64,000 nt of DNA from Minisyncoccota bacterium (GCA_035627595.1 DASPLK010000002.1:85864-149863), one strand, 5' to 3'; positions 36,570-45,760 are shown, counted from the first letter of the stretch. Notes: generated by a model from the sequence alone, not told the origin. Program-made: numbers and translations.

Positions 36570-36752
36570 ATGACGATATGGCAAATCTCACCTCAGCACT
36601 TTGATACCGAGGAAGGTAGGATGAAGATCATTGAGACGATCGACACAATCCGTGGCCTACAAGGCCACATTGAGACTAAGCTACAAGCACTTCAGGATCG
36701 TGTGTACGATGATCAAGACCTACCAAGTCCTGGTATAGAGAATCCTCAATAA
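36570..36752 (+). CDS. hypothetical small protein (60 aa)
   Basis: Divergent from the minus-strand pair; followed by a strong hairpin. Confidence 0.35.
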   Translation: MTIWQISPQHFDTEEGRMKIIETIDTIRGLQGHIETKLQALQDRVYDDQDLPSPGIENPQ

Positions 36753-36770
36753 CTCTAAGAGAGGTTGAGT

Positions 36771-36812
36771 AACGAAATACGAGTTACCGAAACCGGCAAC
36801 TCGTATTTCGTT
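36771..36812 (+). terminator. 15-bp perfect-stem hairpin AACGAAATACGAGTT/AACTCGTATTTCGTT
   Basis: Seen directly, 19 nt after the stop of ORF 36570-36752. Confidence 0.55.
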
Positions 36813-37000
36813 GTCAGTTGAATCTACCTATATCTTTTGCGATAAACAATATAAAAGCTGCCGAATATATCTCTCTTCAGGCGCTGCAAGTTACAGCCCC
36901 TTCCCTCGCTGTATGGCGGCCCACCGAAGCCATTTCTTGCGTATCCGAGATTCACATTGGAGATATTATTTTTGTTCTATCAGCCAATAAATAGTAAGTA

Positions 37001-37030
37001 GAAAACCGCGTCATAAGGCGCGGCTTTCTA
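37001..37030 (-). terminator. hairpin after the minus-strand membrane-protein gene
   Basis: AAAGCCGCG-ccttatga-CGCGGTTTT on the minus strand, followed by a T-rich run. Confidence 0.4.
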
Positions 37031-37047
37031 TTTAGAGTGTCGGTTGC

Positions 37048-37449
37048 CTAAGCGGAAGGTCGTAGAAGCGGGTTGTATGATTCCCGATTCTTCCACAGAA
37101 GATAGATATTAAGGAGAAGCATTATGTTCCCCATTACTGCCCCACTCGTAAACAATCCTCCATCAAGGACGAGGTGGAACGCGACAACGTTCACCGTAAT
37201 CGGCGCAATAAGAAGCGCGGCAAGCGCTTCGCGACGGGTCCAGAGTGCAATGAGCGCGACTATGAGCACTGCCGCCATCATGTAGTTGATGTACATTATC
37301 TGGACGAGCATTTCGATGAACGCGAAGGCCTGATCGGTGTTGTAGAGGTCGCGGGTCGCCTCGCCGAGCGCACCAGTCGATCCTACGATGGGAAGCAAAA
37401 GGATAAGCGAGAGAATGGCCTTGGCACCAATGTGAATGATGTTCTTCAT
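37048..37449 (-). CDS. small polytopic membrane protein (DoxX-like, 4 TM)
   Basis: 133 aa, four hydrophobic helices. Confidence 0.5.
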   Translation of the reverse strand: MKNIIHIGAKAILSLILLLPIVGSTGALGEATRDLYNTDQAFAFIEMLVQIMYINYMMAAVLIVALIALWTRREALAALLIAPITVNVVAFHLVLDGGLFTSGAVMGNIMLLLNIYLLWKNRESYNPLLRPSA

Positions 37450-37515
37450 ATAAAAATTCTAGCACCTAACAAGGTGCTGGACTTACGAGTTAACAGAACG
37501 CACGGACGCGTGCGC

Positions 37516-37971
37516 CTACTTCTTCTTTACTACCTTTGTAGCTTTCTTTACAGGAGCCTCAGCAGCCTCTACAGGTAGGTGCTTGCGTACCTCTGCAGAA
37601 AACTCGGTAGATCGGTTAAGAGACTCAACGGCAACGGCAAGTCGCTCCAAAGTCTCATTCATAACCTTAATCTGCTTGCTTAGATCCTGAACCTGACCGT
37701 CGATGGCTGGTGCTGGTGTTGAGTGTGTAGGACGAGGTGAGAACTTCCTGTCGTCAGAGCCATAGCGAGAAGGCGCACGCTTCTCATCCTTAACAAAACA
37801 GTCAGCGCAATGCACTGGCTTCTTGCCGTTAGGGCGAAACGGAACCTGGCACCGCTTATGACAGTTCGCGCACTCAGCGTCATAGAGTTCTTTTTTGAAT
37901 GCCTGACCGCCTCCAGAGGGAGTGTGCTTTTTGAAGCTTCCGGTGCGAGCAAATTTCTTGTATTCAGCCAT
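37516..37971 (-). CDS. zinc-ribbon protein (CxxC-x17-CxxC) with Lys-rich C-terminal tail
   Basis: ECANCHKRCQVPFRPNGKKPVHCADCF; tail KKATKVVKKK. Confidence 0.55.
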   Translation of the reverse strand: MAEYKKFARTGSFKKHTPSGGGQAFKKELYDAECANCHKRCQVPFRPNGKKPVHCADCFVKDEKRAPSRYGSDDRKFSPRPTHSTPAPAIDGQVQDLSKQIKVMNETLERLAVAVESLNRSTEFSAEVRKHLPVEAAEAPVKKATKVVKKK

Positions 37972-38005
37972 GGTGTAAAGATTATGACGCTAAGCCGGCT
38001 CGATA

Positions 38006-38076
38006 AGAGAAAGTGTTTACGGCTTAGTTGTAAAAGGGGCAGAACTTGTCTGCATAAGCCGTAAACACTTTATCTC
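38006..38076. promoter_or_regulatory. large palindrome (about 21-bp arms GAGA-AAAGTGTTTACGGCTTA, 28-nt spacer) upstream of the zinc-ribbon gene
   Basis: Arms read directly; centred about 75 nt upstream of the ATG at 37971. No T-tract on either side, so not a canonical terminator. Confidence 0.5.
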
Positions 38077-38162
38077 ATGGAGGAAGGCAACGTTATGTAC
38101 AGAATAATACAGTTTTAAGTCTGAGTCAAGAGTCAGACATGAAGCGCACGATATGGCTTACC

Positions 38163-39071
38163 TTATATAGAAACCTGGTACGCCTCCTCTAGAGCGGCAA
38201 GGTCAAACTTCTTCATCTTGAGAAATGCTTGTGTGACCCCATTCACCTGATCAGGGCTTCCCTCTCGCATCATCTCGTCGAGCCTAGTTGGAGTGATCTG
38301 CCAGGATACGCCGAACTTATCCTTGAGCCAGCCACACTGCTCAGACTCAGGAGCGGCTGAAAGCTTCTCCCAATAGTAGTCGATCTCATCCTGCGTATCG
38401 CAGCGGACCATGAGAGAGATGCCCTCATTGAATCCGAACTGATGAGGATGGGCGCTGTCCATTGCCGTGAACCACTGACCCTCGATCTGAAAATCACTGA
38501 ACATGACCGTTCCTTCCTTGTCTGGTTCCATACCGGCAGGATACCGCGAGATGGTGCCAAGCTTGGAGTCGCTAAATACCGACATGTAGAAGTTTGCTGC
38601 TTCCTCAGCTCTGCCGCTAACCTCCCCAACAAACATAAGGGATGGAATAATAAACGGCCGCTCCTCCCCTTCTGGATTTGTGAGGATGAGCTGCCAGGAT
38701 ACGCCGAATCTATCCTCAATCCATCCGAAGCGCTTACTGAACGGATACTCCTGAAGTGGCATACGTTCTGTTCCATCCTCTGAAAGCTTTTCCCATAAGG
38801 AGTTCAACTTCTCCTCCGCATCCGCGTCCCTCGACGGATCGAAGTTCAGCATGAACGAAATTGCAGGATTGATCTTAAAATATGGGCCAGCACTGATGGC
38901 CATGAAGGAGTATCCTGAGAGATCGAACGCGACCGTGTCAGCATCGCCCGAAGGCGTGTCGTGCAGAGTCGTAATATTTACTATTCTTGAGTTCTCAAAA
39001 GCCGAAACATAGAATTCGGCGGCTTCCTTGGCCTCTGTATCAAACCAGAGATGAGGGACAATTTTCTGCAT
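38163..39071 (-). CDS. tandem-duplicated VOC/PhnB-like (3-demethylubiquinone-9 3-methyltransferase family) protein
   Basis: Two repeats, each with IVPHLWF/IIPSLMF ... FYVSAF/FYMSVF ... RFGVSWQL/KFGVSWQI. Confidence 0.75.
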   Translation of the reverse strand: MQKIVPHLWFDTEAKEAAEFYVSAFENSRIVNITTLHDTPSGDADTVAFDLSGYSFMAISAGPYFKINPAISFMLNFDPSRDADAEEKLNSLWEKLSEDGTERMPLQEYPFSKRFGWIEDRFGVSWQLILTNPEGEERPFIIPSLMFVGEVSGRAEEAANFYMSVFSDSKLGTISRYPAGMEPDKEGTVMFSDFQIEGQWFTAMDSAHPHQFGFNEGISLMVRCDTQDEIDYYWEKLSAAPESEQCGWLKDKFGVSWQITPTRLDEMMREGSPDQVNGVTQAFLKMKKFDLAALEEAYQVSI

Positions 39072-39101
39072 ATACTACAAATCTAGCATGACCGACATGC
39101 C

Positions 39102-39335
39102 CTAGAGCGCTTGTACGGGAAGTCGCACGAATACCTCACCCTCTTGGCGAGCTCGATTCCGTGCATCAACGTACTTGAGCGAGCTATACGCAGCCACAGC
39201 AGCAAGCATACCTGCAGGAATATGGCTAAGACTAAGCGCCGTAAGAAGGCCCAGAAGTGCGCTGAGCCAGAAGTCTGAGCTACCTGAAGCCCAGGGGTTC
39301 GGAAGTAGTTTTGAGTCATCCATGCCACTCATCAT
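39102..39335 (-). CDS. hypothetical small membrane protein
   Basis: 77 aa with one TM; an alternative overlapping frame (39083-39328) is also open. Confidence 0.3.
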   Translation of the reverse strand: MMSGMDDSKLLPNPWASGSSDFWLSALLGLLTALSLSHIPAGMLAAVAAYSSLKYVDARNRARQEGEVFVRLPVQAL

Positions 39336-39356
39336 GAGTGGCAGATACTGAAGGGT

Positions 39357-40277
39357 TTATGAGCCTAAGAGCGCAGATACTTGATCAATAACACCGCGCA
39401 TAAATCCGGTGACCTGCTGGTGCCAGCGCACAGACACCTCTCTCCCGATTTCGCGCATCTCTTCTGGAGCTGCTACTTGAGTATCTGCAGTCGTGCCGGT
39501 GCGCAGCTCGACAGGAATTGCGGAGGTCGAGATAACTAATGGGATCGGGTCGGTAGAGGACGCCGAGAATAGTCGCACGGTGGAGGTCGCAAGCAATGGC
39601 TCAACAATTGGCTTCGTTAATTCCTTAACCTCGGCTACAACCTTATTCTCGGTAATAGGCTTAGGCGCTAACGGTGTAGGAGTTGCGATTGGCTTTGCTG
39701 GCGGAGTCTTTACCGGTGTGACGGGCTTTGAGGCAACCGTAACGGGTTTAGGTGCGGCTGGAACTGCCACAGGCTTTGGGGTCGCGAGCATCTGGACTAC
39801 GAAAAGCGCAGGCTTCCCTTTGTAGGTACCCTCAGCAACACCAATGCCCATATGGGAAAACTTTGGATCAAGGAGGTTCCTGCGGTGACCAGGGGAACCC
39901 ATCCAGGCGGACACGACGCTTTCCTCGTCCATGATGTTTGCTGTAAGGTTCTCTCCTACATACTGGTATTTGTAACCAACTTGATCTAGCCAGTGCATTG
40001 GCGTCTCACCATCGGGAGAAACATGGGCATAGTACGCCTCCTCGGCCATATCTTCGGCCTTGAGCTGCGCGGCACGCATGATAAGCGGGTTCAATGAAAG
40101 CTGCGCCACACCCTCGGCCTTACGCTCTTCGTTTGAGAGCGAAAAGACGCTTGCGGCACGGACGGAGGCACCAAGCTCGACGGGCTGTGCAGGCTCAGGC
40201 GAAGCAGGAGCTTCTATCAAAGTTCCTGCAGCAAGGACGCCCACAGCTAGCGCTATAAGAAGTAAGTCGCGGACCAT
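39357..40277 (-). CDS. CAP/SCP domain secreted protein with Pro/Lys/Thr-rich repeat linker
   Basis: Signal peptide, (KPV/TP)n low-complexity region, then the CAP domain (paralog of the gene at 1-701). Confidence 0.75.
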   Translation of the reverse strand: MVRDLLLIALAVGVLAAGTLIEAPASPEPAQPVELGASVRAASVFSLSNEERKAEGVAQLSLNPLIMRAAQLKAEDMAEEAYYAHVSPDGETPMHWLDQVGYKYQYVGENLTANIMDEESVVSAWMGSPGHRRNLLDPKFSHMGIGVAEGTYKGKPALFVVQMLATPKPVAVPAAPKPVTVASKPVTPVKTPPAKPIATPTPLAPKPITENKVVAEVKELTKPIVEPLLATSTVRLFSASSTDPIPLVISTSAIPVELRTGTTADTQVAAPEEMREIGREVSVRWHQQVTGFMRGVIDQVSALLGS

Positions 40278-40372
40278 TGCCGTGACTATACAATAATTAT
40301 CGCATAGTAGCAATGTTATATACACAACGGTCCGGAGCTAGTCCGGACCGTTGTGGCTACCTACTTTAGGAG

Positions 40373-40609
40373 CTAGTTAACTGGGACGTCGTCGCCTACG
40401 ACCTCCTGATCAGCAGAGCTGTCGAGGACCATGACGCCGCTACGATTGTGGATGTTCGGAGCAGTATTGAGTGCAGTCGTCGCGTCAGTCGTATCAATCG
40501 TCCTGACGTCACCTGCAGCGTCAACATACGCGAACATTTGCGCATGCGTTAGAGCAGGGCCTGCAACGAGACTTGCAAGCGCAACTGCAGCGAGGAATAT
40601 CTTCTTCAT
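40373..40609 (-). CDS. hypothetical small secreted protein
   Basis: MKKIFLAAVALASLVAGPALTHAQ signal peptide; 78 aa. Confidence 0.4.
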   Translation of the reverse strand: MKKIFLAAVALASLVAGPALTHAQMFAYVDAAGDVRTIDTTDATTALNTAPNIHNRSGVMVLDSSADQEVVGDDVPVN

Positions 40610-40705
40610 GTCGTTCTTTCGTTTATTCGTTAACGTGCATCTCTGCGTGAGCACAGCAGTAACGATAAGAAACTAGTTATGAACACAAGATGAAGACTTC
40701 ATCTT

Positions 40706-40954
40706 CTACCCTTCCTTCTCTAGATGACGCGTAAAATGCTGCTTAATCGTTGAGTCCAGTGCGCGACTGAAGTCTATTGCGTGCTTGGGCGAGAGTACTA
40801 CTTCTGCGATGAGCTGACCGCTCGGGCTATTTGGTCGCAGGTATGCAAACTGCAAAATAACTGAGTCATCTGATACGTTCACCTGAGTAGCATTCGAGAA
40901 CGCAGGCTTCGCGTTCTGCGGCATTGTTATTGATATCTGTTTCTGGTCGGCCAT
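40706..40954 (-). CDS. DUF3467-like small protein
   Basis: …VSDDSVILQFAYLRPNSPSGQLIAEVVLSP… resembles DUF3467 from memory; start at the internal ATG. Confidence 0.45.
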   Translation of the reverse strand: MADQKQISITMPQNAKPAFSNATQVNVSDDSVILQFAYLRPNSPSGQLIAEVVLSPKHAIDFSRALDSTIKQHFTRHLEKEG

Positions 40955-40964
40955 GTGTGTATTA

Positions 40965-41159
40965 TTAGCGTTCGCCCCTGAAGAATTCCCCAAGACCCTC
41001 AACCCAACCCGTGAGGAAGCCCCATCCATTTCGTACCAAGTCTATGATGAAGGAAAAGTTATCCTGCGTCTGCGGGTCTTGAACGAGTTCCCGCAAGGAT
41101 ACGCCGAAAAACGAGAGCGCGAGAACGCCGAATGCAACCCAAAATACCATCTTTAGCAT
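40965..41159 (-). CDS. hypothetical small membrane protein
   Basis: 64 aa, one TM, directly upstream of the DUF3467 gene. Confidence 0.3.
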   Translation of the reverse strand: MLKMVFWVAFGVLALSFFGVSLRELVQDPQTQDNFSFIIDLVRNGWGFLTGWVEGLGEFFRGER

Positions 41160-41197
41160 ATCAATCAGTATAGCAACCGCTGGGGTAGAATGGGGTC

Positions 41198-41821
41198 ATG
41201 AAGGGTGAACATGAGGAACAAGCGCTAAGGCACTTCAAGAAGTCCGATCCAGTCCTCTACAGAGCTGCCAAGCGTCACAAAGGGACTATCATCTCCCGCA
41301 TAGCACCTAAGCGAGGTGCTGACGCCCTATTTGCCTCTCTCGCCTCATCTGTGGTCTCTCAACAGCTTTCCACAAAGGCGGCAGCGACGATATGGGAACG
41401 GCTTAGAACAGCTTCAGGAGGCGCGGTGACTGCAGACACTATCGCACTGCTTAAGGAGGAGGATATGCGCGCGGCTGGCCTCTCAGCGGCCAAAGTGCGG
41501 ACACTTAAGGAGCTATCGAAAGCCGTAAAAGACGGACTCGACCTCCCTTCCCTACGGAAGGTGCCCGAAGAAGAAGCCATAGCTTCCCTCACCCGTGTAT
41601 GGGGTATTGGAACCTGGACAGCTGAGATGTTCCTAATATTTGCGCTCGGTCGCCTTGATGTATTCTCTCCCGGCGATCTTGGCGTCGTGCGTGCCATAGA
41701 GGAACTCTATGGCTTAGAGAAAGACTCTCACAAGAACGAGTACATCGCGATTGCGGAGCGCTGGGCTCCGTATCGTTCGGTTGCGTGCTTAATATTGTGG
41801 CGGCATAGGGACCAGCCATAA
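41198..41821 (+). CDS. alkA: DNA-3-methyladenine glycosylase II-like (HhH-GPD, AlkA family)
   Basis: HhH-GPD motif WGIGTWTAEMFLIFALGRLDVFSPGDLGV. Confidence 0.8.
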   Translation: MKGEHEEQALRHFKKSDPVLYRAAKRHKGTIISRIAPKRGADALFASLASSVVSQQLSTKAAATIWERLRTASGGAVTADTIALLKEEDMRAAGLSAAKVRTLKELSKAVKDGLDLPSLRKVPEEEAIASLTRVWGIGTWTAEMFLIFALGRLDVFSPGDLGVVRAIEELYGLEKDSHKNEYIAIAERWAPYRSVACLILWRHRDQP

Positions 41822-41857
41822 GCGAAAGACGGCCTCAAGAAGGCCGTCAAACGCATG

Positions 41858-43144
41858 CTATAGATATGCTCTAGGATTCAGGTATCCGTTAGGCGGAGCG
41901 ATCGGAATCGTAACCGTCGGACCACTCCTACACGTGTACTGCTTAAACGAAAGCGAGCTCGAATTATAAACGGTGAAGTGGAGGTGCGGTCCGGTCGCGT
42001 ATCCGGTCATACCGGAGGAACCTACGATCTGTCCGGACGTAACGACCGAGCCCTTTGCAACCTCAATTGAGGAAAGGTGCGCGTAAAGCGTGGAGAGGCC
42101 GTTGCCATGCCTGACGATAACCCATTTTCCATACTGACAGTTCTGCACTGCGCCGTGATTCACCTCCTGGACCGTGCCGGCAAGCGCGGCACGCACCGGC
42201 GTACCGACCGCGGCAGCGAAGTCCATGCCGTCGTGTGTACCAGATGCATAAAGACGCCCTGAATCAGATGTGCGACCAAACTCCTGGGTAACGCGGATGC
42301 TATCCAGCGGCCAGCGAAGCACGCCAGGGCCAGCTGGCGGAACGGTAGTCGTATCTGCCTGCTTCAACATTGAGGAGAGTTGGAAGAGCGCAGACTGGAA
42401 GGATGCTGCCTCAGCGCGCTTCTGATCGATGAGCTTCTGGTATGCAGCCTCCTCTGCCTTGGTCTGGCTTAGTAGCTCGTTCTTCGCAGCACGCGTCGCG
42501 TCGAGTGAGCCTTTCTGTCCTGAAAGCTCGCTGCTAAGACTGGAGAGCAAGCGTCGCGACTCAGACACCTGTTCTTCCTGGCCCTCTAGCTCTTCCTTAA
42601 TCGCTGCAAGATTGATGCTGTGGTCGCGCACTGCTGACTTGAATGCGACGATCTGATCTGCAGCTGTCCATGCATCTGAAAGAGACTGTGCAGAAAAAAG
42701 CTGCTCGACAAGCGTTGTGTCATCGGCCATAGCGATCTTGCGTATGGTCTCAGCAAGCACTTCCTGCTCAAGTGAGATAGTCTCCTCGCTATCGTTAATT
42801 TGGTACCGCAGATCTTCGAGCATGAGGTTCTGCGCATCTATCTTTGACTGTGTCGAGCGTATCTGCGCGTTTAGCTTTGCGCGCTGCGTATCAAGAGAGG
42901 ATATGGAGGTCTGCAGGGTCTGCTTTTGGCTGCCGAGCGAGTTGAGTTGGCGCTGGTATCCAGCGATCTCGGCTTCAAGTGCCTGGATCTGCTTATTATG
43001 GTTCTCGATCTGCGCGCGGATCTGATCAACTGACTGTGCACTTGTGGCACCGGGATTGAGAAGTACGCCTATCAATACTGCAGAAGCAGCAAACAAAACG
43101 AGACCAGATACGACGTGCGCAGAGAGCGTACGGAGGAACATCAT
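41858..43144 (-). CDS. M23 (LytM) peptidase with long N-terminal coiled coil (EnvC-like)
   Basis: Signal/TM, about 250-aa coiled coil, C-terminal HxxxD...HLHF M23 motifs. Confidence 0.8.
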   Translation of the reverse strand: MMFLRTLSAHVVSGLVLFAASAVLIGVLLNPGATSAQSVDQIRAQIENHNKQIQALEAEIAGYQRQLNSLGSQKQTLQTSISSLDTQRAKLNAQIRSTQSKIDAQNLMLEDLRYQINDSEETISLEQEVLAETIRKIAMADDTTLVEQLFSAQSLSDAWTAADQIVAFKSAVRDHSINLAAIKEELEGQEEQVSESRRLLSSLSSELSGQKGSLDATRAAKNELLSQTKAEEAAYQKLIDQKRAEAASFQSALFQLSSMLKQADTTTVPPAGPGVLRWPLDSIRVTQEFGRTSDSGRLYASGTHDGMDFAAAVGTPVRAALAGTVQEVNHGAVQNCQYGKWVIVRHGNGLSTLYAHLSSIEVAKGSVVTSGQIVGSSGMTGYATGPHLHFTVYNSSSLSFKQYTCRSGPTVTIPIAPPNGYLNPRAYL

Positions 43145-44571
43145 TTCTCTAGTATACCAAGCGCGTGGCGTACACGAGAAGTAGCTTCATGAAGTCCTAG
43201 AATATATACGAGGGTGAACGGATCCGGCGACCGCTCCTTCCCAGAAAGCGCGTAGCGTAGCGGCCAGAGCACCGCTCCCCTGCCCCCATCCTCCTTGGCA
43301 ACACTGTCCGCATAGGGCATGAGATGCGCTTTGATGCCCTCGACGCCAGCTCCTTCGGGCATCTCAGAAAGTCGCGTCGCAATGTGCGTAAGGTGCGCCT
43401 TAGTGCTGCCCGATACCACTTCCTTTGCAGTCAGGAGAGAGGAATCAAGTTCTGGCGCTTCAAATACATATGACAGCTCGCCTTGGACAAGCGCACGCGC
43501 GTCGCCTAGTGTGGTTGCGCGCTCCTTAAGTTCAGGAACCAGGCGCATGAGTCGACCAGTATCAGGTGCGTCAATTCCGCCGATACAAATAAAGTCTGCA
43601 TCAGAAAGCTTCCGCATCCAGTCCTGATTAATGTGAAGAAGCTTCTCCTCATTGAACTGCGCTCCAGAGCGCTGGACCCGAGAAAGATCAAAGAGATTGA
43701 TCAGCTCCGTTGCAGAAAATATCTCTTCATCTGTGCCTGGATTCCATCCAAGCAGAGCGAGGAAGTTGACCATGGCTTCTGGCAGGTACCCCTCTGCGCG
43801 GTACTCAAGCAGGTCCTTAGCGCCATCGCGCTTGCCGAGCTTCTTATTGCCTCCCTCTCCCATAATGGGTGGCATGGTCGCGATCTCCGGGCGATCGATG
43901 CCAAGCGCCTCATAGAGTGAGAGGAACTTAGGGGTTGAGGAGATGAACTCCTGCCCGCGCATGATATGCGTCACTTTCATCTCGTAGTCGTCGATGATAT
44001 GCGCGAAGTTATATGTCGGGTAGCCGTCGCCCTTAATGAGTATGAAGTCATCTAGCGCTTCCTCACCTGCGGTCAATTCGCCGCGTACAAGATCGTTCCA
44101 GGTATAGCGCTTTATTTCAGGTACGCGAAAACGGAGTGGCGTCTTTCCGTCCCATTCCATAATGGTGTCTGGACGGTGGTCCCTAAACAGGAACGGGCGC
44201 TTCTCCTCTTCGGCCTTCTTACGGAATGATTCAAGCTCGTCCTGGGTATACGGATCTGGATACGCGTAGCCTTTGTTGATGAGTTCGCGAGCGAAGCGGT
44301 GATGGCTTTCGATGCGTGCTGACTGGAGGTACGGCTCATACGGGCCGCCCTTATCGATGCTCTCATCCCATTCAATACCAAGCCATTTGAGGCACTCCAT
44401 GATGTGGCCGATCGAACCCTCTACTTCGCGGTTCTTATCAGTATCTTCGATACGCAGAATGAACTGCCCGCCGTGCTTTCTGGCATAGAGCCATGCGTAA
44501 AGCGCAGTGCGCACGTTTCCAACGTGCATAAATCCGGTTGGGCTTGGAGCAAATCGAGTGCGTACGGTCAT
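43141..44571 (-). CDS. gltX: glutamyl-tRNA synthetase
   Basis: RFAPSPTGFMHVGNVRTALYAW (HIGH region) and the KLGKRDG region. Confidence 0.9.
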   Translation of the reverse strand: MTVRTRFAPSPTGFMHVGNVRTALYAWLYARKHGGQFILRIEDTDKNREVEGSIGHIMECLKWLGIEWDESIDKGGPYEPYLQSARIESHHRFARELINKGYAYPDPYTQDELESFRKKAEEEKRPFLFRDHRPDTIMEWDGKTPLRFRVPEIKRYTWNDLVRGELTAGEEALDDFILIKGDGYPTYNFAHIIDDYEMKVTHIMRGQEFISSTPKFLSLYEALGIDRPEIATMPPIMGEGGNKKLGKRDGAKDLLEYRAEGYLPEAMVNFLALLGWNPGTDEEIFSATELINLFDLSRVQRSGAQFNEEKLLHINQDWMRKLSDADFICIGGIDAPDTGRLMRLVPELKERATTLGDARALVQGELSYVFEAPELDSSLLTAKEVVSGSTKAHLTHIATRLSEMPEGAGVEGIKAHLMPYADSVAKEDGGRGAVLWPLRYALSGKERSPDPFTLVYILGLHEATSRVRHALGILEK

Positions 44572-44574
44572 AAG

Positions 44575-45720
44575 CTATTTAGGCTCCTCGTGGGAAAGCG
44601 TTATTCGTAAGAGCTCTTCTGCGACCGTGCGAGCGGCGTCCTGGTTGCCAAAAAGCGCGCCGCGCTCTGACATCTGGTTTGAGAGCGCGCGGTCGGCGGT
44701 AATGCGACGCACTTCAGAGGCTAGAAGATGCGGCGTCATATTCTCCTGCTCAAGTACCACCGCAGCACCCGACTGAGCATAGGAGTACGCGTTAGTGCGT
44801 TGGTCGTGGCTTATGCTCTCGGGTATTGGAATAAGTATGGAGGGACGCCTCCAAAGCGCTATCTCAGCAATAGCAGTCGAACCTGCTCTTGAGACGATGA
44901 GGTGGGCCGCGCCTGCTGCCTGGCGCATGGTTTCAAGCGATAGATAGGGGAAGACGTGATACCGCTCCTTGTGCGATGTACCCTCGAGAATAACAGGCGC
45001 GGTACGCTCCACTTCCGCAAAGTTGTCCTTCCCTGTTTGGTGGATCACGTTTACGTACTCGACCATTTCTGGAAGCGCGCCAAGAACTGTCTCGTTAATT
45101 GCGCGGGAACCAGTAGAGCCGCCAAGGATAAGCACCGTGGGGACTGATGGATCAAGTGAAAGCGAAGCCACGCCGCCAGCTGGATCGAGATCTGCAAGGC
45201 GCTTTCGTAGTGGTATACCCGTAACGGCAATCTTTGCTCGTGTCTTTGCAGGAAAGTAATTCTCTGCGTTCGGGAACGCGATCGCAATGCGTTTTGCAAA
45301 CTTGGCGGCAAGTAGGTTCGCGCGTCCTGGTTTCGCGTCTGACTCGTGGATGATAACTGGTATCCCAAGTATGCGTGCTGCAAGCACAGTCGGCACACTC
45401 GCATAGCCACCCTTAGAGAAGACAACGTCCGGATAGATCTTAAAGAGTGTGGCTACGCATCCGAGTATGCCCCAGAATGTAGTAAATAAATCGACGACGT
45501 TCTGAACGGATGCGTAGCGTCGCATCTTCCCTGCCCTACTAGGGATATAAATAATCTCGTTCTCAAGTAGCGCAGACGGATCAAAAGGCGTTGGCGCGAC
45601 ATAGAAGAGCTGCGGTGCGACAAGATGCTGCTCTCGTGAGATGTCCCGGATAGCCTCCGCAACCGCGATTATGGGGTAGAAATGGCCGCCCGTGCCGCCA
45701 CCGGTGAATACGATCTTCAT
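44575..45720 (-). CDS. murG: UDP-GlcNAc:MurNAc-pentapeptide GlcNAc transferase MurG
   Basis: MKIVFTGGGTGGHFYP N-terminus. Confidence 0.9.
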   Translation of the reverse strand: MKIVFTGGGTGGHFYPIIAVAEAIRDISREQHLVAPQLFYVAPTPFDPSALLENEIIYIPSRAGKMRRYASVQNVVDLFTTFWGILGCVATLFKIYPDVVFSKGGYASVPTVLAARILGIPVIIHESDAKPGRANLLAAKFAKRIAIAFPNAENYFPAKTRAKIAVTGIPLRKRLADLDPAGGVASLSLDPSVPTVLILGGSTGSRAINETVLGALPEMVEYVNVIHQTGKDNFAEVERTAPVILEGTSHKERYHVFPYLSLETMRQAAGAAHLIVSRAGSTAIAEIALWRRPSILIPIPESISHDQRTNAYSYAQSGAAVVLEQENMTPHLLASEVRRITADRALSNQMSERGALFGNQDAARTVAEELLRITLSHEEPK

Positions 45721-45760
45721 ACAGGTACGCTGAGTATAGCACCCAAAAGGGCCGTATCTG

